The notes under the pieces are model-generated. The model made no database searches. It saw only the letters and a list, made by a program, of their open reading frames with translations, and had not been told where the DNA came from. This document shows positions 26,884-32,000 of a DNA stretch of 32,000 nt, in pieces. The translations under genes were made by a program, and so were the position numbers. Location of the stretch: the NCBI RefSeq assembly GCF_000196355.1, contig NC_007614.1:1110001-1142000 (forward strand). The letters are read 5' to 3'. Position 1 is the stretch's first letter. Every line of letters begins with the position of its first letter. This DNA is from Nitrosospira multiformis ATCC 25196 (GTDB taxonomy: Bacteria > Pseudomonadota > Gammaproteobacteria > Burkholderiales > Nitrosomonadaceae).

Positions 26884-27469
26884 AAGAATCTCCGACTCGT
26901 CATTTTCTGCGAACATGTTCCAGCCAGTGTAAACCGGTTTTTCCGGAAAGATCAATTCGCTCTTCCCGGCTATATCCGGGGGCACTCTGCCTTATCCGCC
27001 AGTTCTTCCTCCCAGGGAACCTGTGAATAAATCCTTCGCAAACTGCGCTGTTAAAATGGGAATGATGGCAAGGCACCCGAAGAAGATCATAGCCTGGTCT
27101 GCCCTACCTGGAAGCGCAGCTAGTGGGATCCAGTAACGTCAGACATCGAGACGTCGGCGTCGTAATACATACTTCTTATCTTTCACCCACTTATCATGTG
27201 GGATAACCCGATCAACAGAAAAGTTCTGTAGTCGATAGAGGGGCGAATTACGATTGCTTTCTCCTGTTGTCCATCCCTTCGGTGGTATGGATCAGTTATG
27301 TGTGAAAGCGAACGGAACACGTGGGAGGCTGTCACTAGAATCGGCAGAATGACCTGCATCGTTCCTTCTTTTCTATGAGGAACGCCACGCCGGGTCTACT
27401 GGTTTATTTTTATCTTCGTTAATCGAATCTGATTGCAATCCTCAGATTTCTGTTTTCAAGGAGGATAAC

Positions 27470-27988
27470 ATGAATATTCTGGTAAAGAAGAACTCCCGTA
27501 GTTTACTGACCATAGTTACATTGGTGTTCGGCATGTCTGTTTCAGCCGGGCTCAGCGCGCAGGAGCATTCTGACAAGCGGGTAGTGAATAAAAAGTCGGA
27601 ACAGGTCGAAAGCAAGCACCCCGGGGCCAAAGTTGACAAGATGACTATCGAGGTTCCCGTATTGACGTTCGTTCCAGTCCAGGTTTCAGCAGAACTCGAA
27701 AACAGAGGGTGCTGGGTGAAATTTTTTGACAAGAAGAATTTTCAAGGCGACAGCCTGTTTTTAAGCGGCCCCGCTACCTTGCCTCGACTGATAGGTCCGT
27801 TTGGCTACGATTGGGAGAACAAGGTTCGCAGTGTCAAAGTCGGTCCCAGAGCCAATCTCACCATTTTTGACAATCACAATTATCGGGACGAGGATAAGTT
27901 TCTCGATGCCGGTGCAAACGTCGCTAATCTGTCGAAGGAAATGGGTTTTTTTGACAACTTCCGTTCAATGGTACTGAATTGTATTTGA
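27470..27988 (+). CDS. Secreted beta/gamma-crystallin-like protein
   Basis: Signal peptide; CWVKFFDKKNFQGDSLFLSG and LTIFDNHNYRDEDKFLDAG resemble paired Greek-key half-motifs. Strong AAGGAGG upstream of ATG. Confidence 0.65.
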   Translation: MNILVKKNSRSLLTIVTLVFGMSVSAGLSAQEHSDKRVVNKKSEQVESKHPGAKVDKMTIEVPVLTFVPVQVSAELENRGCWVKFFDKKNFQGDSLFLSGPATLPRLIGPFGYDWENKVRSVKVGPRANLTIFDNHNYRDEDKFLDAGANVANLSKEMGFFDNFRSMVLNCI

Positions 27989-28052
27989 TTTGCCGTCCGC
28001 TTCATTGATCTTATCGGGATAGCGGTGGTGACCGGCGGTGCAGCAGATTTCA

Positions 28053-28071
28053 GGGCGGGTAGAACCCGCCC
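28053..28071. terminator. Possible bidirectional terminator hairpin between convergent genes
   Basis: GGGCGGGT-AGA-ACCCGCCC perfect 8-bp stem located between convergent stops at 27988 and 28087; no obvious T-tract. Confidence 0.45.
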
Positions 28072-28086
28072 CTCATCAAGAAATTT

Positions 28087-28770
28087 CTAGGGGCGGCAGG
28101 AATCGAGGACGATGCGTTTGAGTATATGCAGGCGCCGATGAAAGAAATGCTCTGCGCCGGGTACAACGACAATGGGTAATTCCTGCGGAGCGGCCCAATC
28201 CAGAACGGTTTTAAGCGGAACGACGTCATCCTGATCGCCGTGAATGATCAGCACGCGCGGTAGAGATTGGACATCCTGCGTATCCTGCGGAAAGGAGAGG
28301 GGAGGAGCGCTCAAGCGCTCTACTGCCGGGGCGACCAGCACCATTTGTTGCGGCTTGAGCCGTTGCGCGGCGAAAACCTGGATTGCACCGCCAAATGAAA
28401 ATCCCGCCAGGCACAACGGCGGAGAAGAGTTGAAACGGGAGGCATATTCCGCTGTTACAGCTTCCGTCACCGCCACTACATCCTCGACTTCTCCCAGACC
28501 ATCGTTGCCCGAATAGAGGGGACCTTCGCTCTGCTCCACACCCCGGAAGTTGAATTTGACCGTGATAAACTCGAGCTCCAGGAAGGACTTGAACAGGGTA
28601 TGCACTACCTTGTTATTCATGGTTCCGCCATAGAGCGGATGAGGGTGTGCGATGACGGCAATCCCTCGGGGGGAAGGCGAGGCCGGCTCCGCCAGAACCG
28701 CTTCCAGCTTTCCCGCCGGGCCGTCGATGAACAGGTTTCTGGACAGGGTTTGGGAATTATGCGCAGTCAA
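28087..28770 (-). CDS. Alpha/beta hydrolase
   Basis: AVIAHPHPLYGGTMNNKVVHTL, nucleophile elbow LAGFSFGGAI, LIHGDQDDVVPL. Confidence 0.9.
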   Translation of the reverse strand: MTAHNSQTLSRNLFIDGPAGKLEAVLAEPASPSPRGIAVIAHPHPLYGGTMNNKVVHTLFKSFLELEFITVKFNFRGVEQSEGPLYSGNDGLGEVEDVVAVTEAVTAEYASRFNSSPPLCLAGFSFGGAIQVFAAQRLKPQQMVLVAPAVERLSAPPLSFPQDTQDVQSLPRVLIIHGDQDDVVPLKTVLDWAAPQELPIVVVPGAEHFFHRRLHILKRIVLDSCRP

Positions 28771-28819
28771 CGGATAGACATGAAATCGTGAATCGAAGGA
28801 GCAGTATCATACACCGAGA

Positions 28820-29131
28820 TCAGATCCGTAACCGCTCGACCACACGGCCGTTTTTCAGGTGCTCTTCGATGATTTCATCGATATCCTCCTTGTCCACGTA
28901 GGTATACCAAACATCTTCAGGATACACGACGATGACAGGACCTTCATTGCAACGGTCCAGGCAACCTGCATTATTAATCCTTATCCTCTTGTTCTTAGAG
29001 TCCAGCTTGAGTGCCTTTACACGCTCTTTGGCATAGTCGCGCATTGCCTGGGCGCCAAAGTTATTGCAGCACAAGGTGCCGGGTTCACGCTGGTTCACGC
29101 AGAAAAATACATGCCGATGGTAGTAGCTCAT
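28820..29131 (-). CDS. (2Fe-2S) ferredoxin domain (thioredoxin-like fold) protein
   Basis: HVFFCVNQREPGTLCCNNFGAQAM...INNAGCLDRCNEGPVIVVYPEDVWYTYVD, with the typical four-cysteine arrangement. Confidence 0.9.
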   Translation of the reverse strand: MSYYHRHVFFCVNQREPGTLCCNNFGAQAMRDYAKERVKALKLDSKNKRIRINNAGCLDRCNEGPVIVVYPEDVWYTYVDKEDIDEIIEEHLKNGRVVERLRI

Positions 29132-29169
29132 GGTTTTTGTATTGAATGGATGAGCAGAAATTATAACGA

Positions 29170-30270
29170 TTATCGCAGTTTAATTTCTGTCCACAAGCGG
29201 CTCAACAGTCGCCGCTGCTTGCGATCGAGATCGCGCAGCATTTCAAGCCGGGCAATCAGTTCCGGATCGGGAAAAATGGCCTTGTTGCTTGCAATTTCTG
29301 GCTGGATGTATTGCAAAGCATCGAGATTGGGATTGCCCGAGCCGATGAGATTGGTGAGTTCGGCGGAATTCTTTCCATCCAGCATGAAATTGATGAACTG
29401 GTGAGCAAGATCGGGGCGTTTCCCGCTTTTGTGCAGAACCATGCTATCCACTGCCAGCACTGCTCCCTCTTTGGGCGTCGAATAGCTGATCGTGAATTTC
29501 CGCCCGGTTTTCTGGGCATCGAGCGCCGCCTGGAACATGTCATTGGAATAACCGTGCGCCACCCACAGATTACCCACTGCCAGTTCCTTGATGTAGCTGG
29601 TATTGCTGAAGGCCGCCCAATAGGGTTTGGCGCGCACGATCAGAGCGGCGGCCTCCTGCCAATGCCTCTCATCCGTATCGTTCACGGAATAGCCCAGATA
29701 CTTGAGCGCGGCGGCCATCAGCTCGCGCTGGCTGTCGAGCACGGTCACCCGTCCCCTGATTTTTTCCAGATATTTGGGTTCGAAGATGATTGCCCAGGTA
29801 TCAGTCGGCAGACCAAGCTGCTCGATCTTCTCCTTGTTGAAACCGAGCAGAGAGAGCGTGTAGGCGTAGGGGACCGAGTATATGTTACCGGGGTCAAAGG
29901 CCGTATCGAGATAGGCAGGATTGATATTCCTGAAATTGGGCAGGAGCGATTTATCCAGCGGCCGCAGCGCTCCCTGGCGGATGAGGGTGTCGATCGCATT
30001 GCCCGTGGGAACGATAACATCATAACCGGTGGCTCCCGCCGCGAGCTTCGCCAGCATTTCCTCGTTGTCGGCATAATAATCCTGCGACAGGTCGCACTTA
30101 CAGGATTTCTCGAAGCGCGCAACGGTTTCCGGCGCGATGTAGTTATTCCAGTTGAACAGGTGCAGGACATTTTTGCCGCTGTTGCCCGCATCCGGATTCG
30201 GGGGAGTACATCCCGCGGCGAACGTGAGCAGTGATGCCAGCAGAAAAAAAAGGAGTCGTGGAGGGTTCAT
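29170..30270 (-). CDS. Spermidine/putrescine-type ABC transporter substrate-binding lipoprotein (PotD/PotF-like)
   Basis: Lipobox LLTFAAGC; HLFNWNNYIAPETVARFEKSCKCDLSQDYYADNEEMLAKLAAG. Confidence 0.92.
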   Translation of the reverse strand: MNPPRLLFFLLASLLTFAAGCTPPNPDAGNSGKNVLHLFNWNNYIAPETVARFEKSCKCDLSQDYYADNEEMLAKLAAGATGYDVIVPTGNAIDTLIRQGALRPLDKSLLPNFRNINPAYLDTAFDPGNIYSVPYAYTLSLLGFNKEKIEQLGLPTDTWAIIFEPKYLEKIRGRVTVLDSQRELMAAALKYLGYSVNDTDERHWQEAAALIVRAKPYWAAFSNTSYIKELAVGNLWVAHGYSNDMFQAALDAQKTGRKFTISYSTPKEGAVLAVDSMVLHKSGKRPDLAHQFINFMLDGKNSAELTNLIGSGNPNLDALQYIQPEIASNKAIFPDPELIARLEMLRDLDRKQRRLLSRLWTEIKLR

Positions 30271-30293
30271 TATTCCGCCGCTTGTTTCACCGC

Positions 30294-31097
30294 TTATTTC
30301 ACCGTTTTGCGAGGTTTCGTGCTCTCTTCCGAGGAGGCGTTTGATTCAAGCCGGGCGGCAATGATGATCATGACCAATGTCAGCAACATCAATAATGTCG
30401 AGATGGCGTTCACTTCAGGCGTCACTGCCACTTTTATCATCGTATAAATCTGGATCGGCAGAATCGGTTCGCCTACACCCTTGGTAAAGAATGTAATGAC
30501 AAAATCATCGATGGACAAGGTGAACGACATCAAGGCGCCTGCGACTACAGCCGGCATGATGAGCGGCAAGGTGACGAGGCGGAAAGTTTGCCAAGGCGAT
30601 GCGCCCAGATCGCGCGCCGCTTCGAAGATGCTTTCATCCATTCCCTGCAGCCGCGCCCGCACGATGATGGCAACGAAACCAATGCAGAAGGTAGTATGCG
30701 CAATGATGATGGACACCATTCCAAGCGTGAAATTCAGGACTTGCAAAAAGAATAGCAGGATCGATACTCCAAGCAGGATTTCGGGCATTGCCACTGGAGT
30801 GAATACCAGCACCGGCAATACCCTGAGCTTGTACCGGTGTATCGCCAGGCCGGACATCGTGCCCAGCAGGGTAGCGCTGAAGCTGGCGCAAAGCGCGATG
30901 ATGAGCGAGTTGCGTGCCGCCAGCAGCATTTCGGTATTGTTGAACAGCGCCTTGTACCAGAACAAGGTAAAGCCGACCCATTCAGCATTCAACCTGGAAT
31001 CGTTGAACGAGTACAGCACTACGATGATCAGCGGGATATAAAGGAAGGCGTAAACCAGCACGGCCGCGGACCACAACCAGGGATTGCCGCGCTTCAC
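30294..31097 (-). CDS. Polyamine-type ABC transporter permease (PotC/PotI-like)
   Basis: Multiple TM segments, EAA loop MDESIFEAARDLGASPWQTFRLVTLPLIMPAVVAGALMSFTLSIDDFVITFF. Confidence 0.92.
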   Translation of the reverse strand: MKRGNPWLWSAAVLVYAFLYIPLIIVVLYSFNDSRLNAEWVGFTLFWYKALFNNTEMLLAARNSLIIALCASFSATLLGTMSGLAIHRYKLRVLPVLVFTPVAMPEILLGVSILLFFLQVLNFTLGMVSIIIAHTTFCIGFVAIIVRARLQGMDESIFEAARDLGASPWQTFRLVTLPLIMPAVVAGALMSFTLSIDDFVITFFTKGVGEPILPIQIYTMIKVAVTPEVNAISTLLMLLTLVMIIIAARLESNASSEESTKPRKTVK

Positions 31098-31098
31098 G

Positions 31099-31998
31099 CT
31101 ATATCGCCCGCTGGCCGGTTGCGGAACGGGCGAACCATGTCGTCAAGCCTGCTACGGATAGTACCGCCAGTGTCAGCATGATGGACAATGCAGAACCGAA
31201 AGGCCAGTCGCGAGTGCCCAGGAACTGATCCTTGATCAGGTTTCCGATCAGGATATCGCCTGTGCCGCCTAATATATCCGGCACGGCGAACATGCCCAGC
31301 ACCGGAATGAATACCAGCGCGGATCCTGAAAATACGCCCGGCAGGGACAGCGGCCAGGTAACCCGCCAGAAGCGTTGCCAGGCATTCGCCCCCAGATCCT
31401 GTGCCGCATCCAGAAGGGAGGGATCGTGCTTCTCCAGATTGGTATAGAGAGGCAGCACCATGAAGGGCAGATGTACGTATACCATGCCCACCAATACTGC
31501 AAAAGGCGAGAATAATAACGTGACCGGGGCGATTCCGAACGCGCCGAGAAGGGTGTTGACAAAGTGGCTGAGCGCGGATTCCGGGCCGAGAATGATCATC
31601 CACGCGTAGATGCGAATGAGGAAATTGCTCGCGAACGGAAGTATCACCAACAGGACCATCAGGTTGCGCAAGTGTTTTCTGCTGCGGGCAATCAGTACTG
31701 CCAATGGATAAGCCAGGATGAGGCAGATCAGGGTCGTGCCGAACGCAACCGCGAACGATTTGAGAAAGATCTCCGTGTAGATGAAGTCGCTGAAAAAGAA
31801 CTGATATGCGTCCGAGGTGAATCCATATTCGCCAATCGCTTGGTCCGAAGGCGGGATAACGGGGGCCAGTCCGCCGAATTCACCCGGAAAGCGAAACGAG
31901 GTGAGAATCATGATCAGGCTGGGTGCCACAAAGAACACTATCAGGAACAATAGGGGTGGCCCGCTCACCAGCAGCCGGGCAAGCTGCTTTTCTTTCAT
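31099..31998 (-). CDS. Polyamine-type ABC transporter permease (PotB/PotH-like)
   Basis: EAA loop SLLDAAQDLGANAWQRFWRVTWPLSLPGVFSGSALVFIPVLGMFAVPDILGG; N terminus close to window edge, so the start could lie further upstream. Confidence 0.9.
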   Translation of the reverse strand: MKEKQLARLLVSGPPLLFLIVFFVAPSLIMILTSFRFPGEFGGLAPVIPPSDQAIGEYGFTSDAYQFFFSDFIYTEIFLKSFAVAFGTTLICLILAYPLAVLIARSRKHLRNLMVLLVILPFASNFLIRIYAWMIILGPESALSHFVNTLLGAFGIAPVTLLFSPFAVLVGMVYVHLPFMVLPLYTNLEKHDPSLLDAAQDLGANAWQRFWRVTWPLSLPGVFSGSALVFIPVLGMFAVPDILGGTGDILIGNLIKDQFLGTRDWPFGSALSIMLTLAVLSVAGLTTWFARSATGQRAI

Positions 31999-32000
31999 TT

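Noticed and set aside
27098-27300. Possible tRNA or structured RNA in the long intergenic region
   Set aside because: No cloverleaf or conserved T-loop (GGTTCRA) pattern found by eye; only short weak inverted repeats. tRNAscan-SE or Infernal would be needed.
29311-30234. 307-aa plus-strand ORF
   Set aside because: Antisense to the substrate-binding protein gene, which has a lipobox and strong family motifs.

Overview
Best read as about 20 protein-coding genes from a chromosomal region with GC-rich coding sequence. Gene content (PEP-CTERM protein, squalene/phytoene synthase, lipo-cytochrome c) fits a betaproteobacterium, perhaps a Nitrosospira-like ammonia oxidiser; this assignment is inference only. 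I recognised no rRNA, tRNA, CRISPR array or intact transposase. The main feature is a compact minus-strand cluster at about 12.5-22.8 kb. It encodes a TonB-dependent receptor, a MoeZ-type E1/rhodanese, a Mec-type JAMM peptidase, a CysO-type sulfur carrier (C-terminal ...VAGG), a two-part CaiB/BaiF-like CoA-transferase, an AMP-dependent acyl ligase, an acyl-CoA dehydrogenase and an MFS transporter. No cysM-like cysteine synthase is present in the window. The layout resembles thiocarboxylate metallophore pathways (pyridine-2,6-dithiocarboxylate and thioquinolobactin type) more than primary cysteine biosynthesis, so a thiocarboxylate or sulfur-containing metallophore system is proposed. Directly downstream on the same strand are a 275-bp MITE-like element, an alginate-export-like porin, a GH88-like hydrolase and a secreted amidohydrolase with a histidine-rich insertion. 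Other items are an AT-rich orphan membrane gene, a PEP-CTERM sugar dehydrogenase, a macro-domain protein, a penicillin acylase, an atypical GT51/transpeptidase protein, a secreted beta/gamma-crystallin-like protein and a Pot-type ABC transporter that continues past the right edge.
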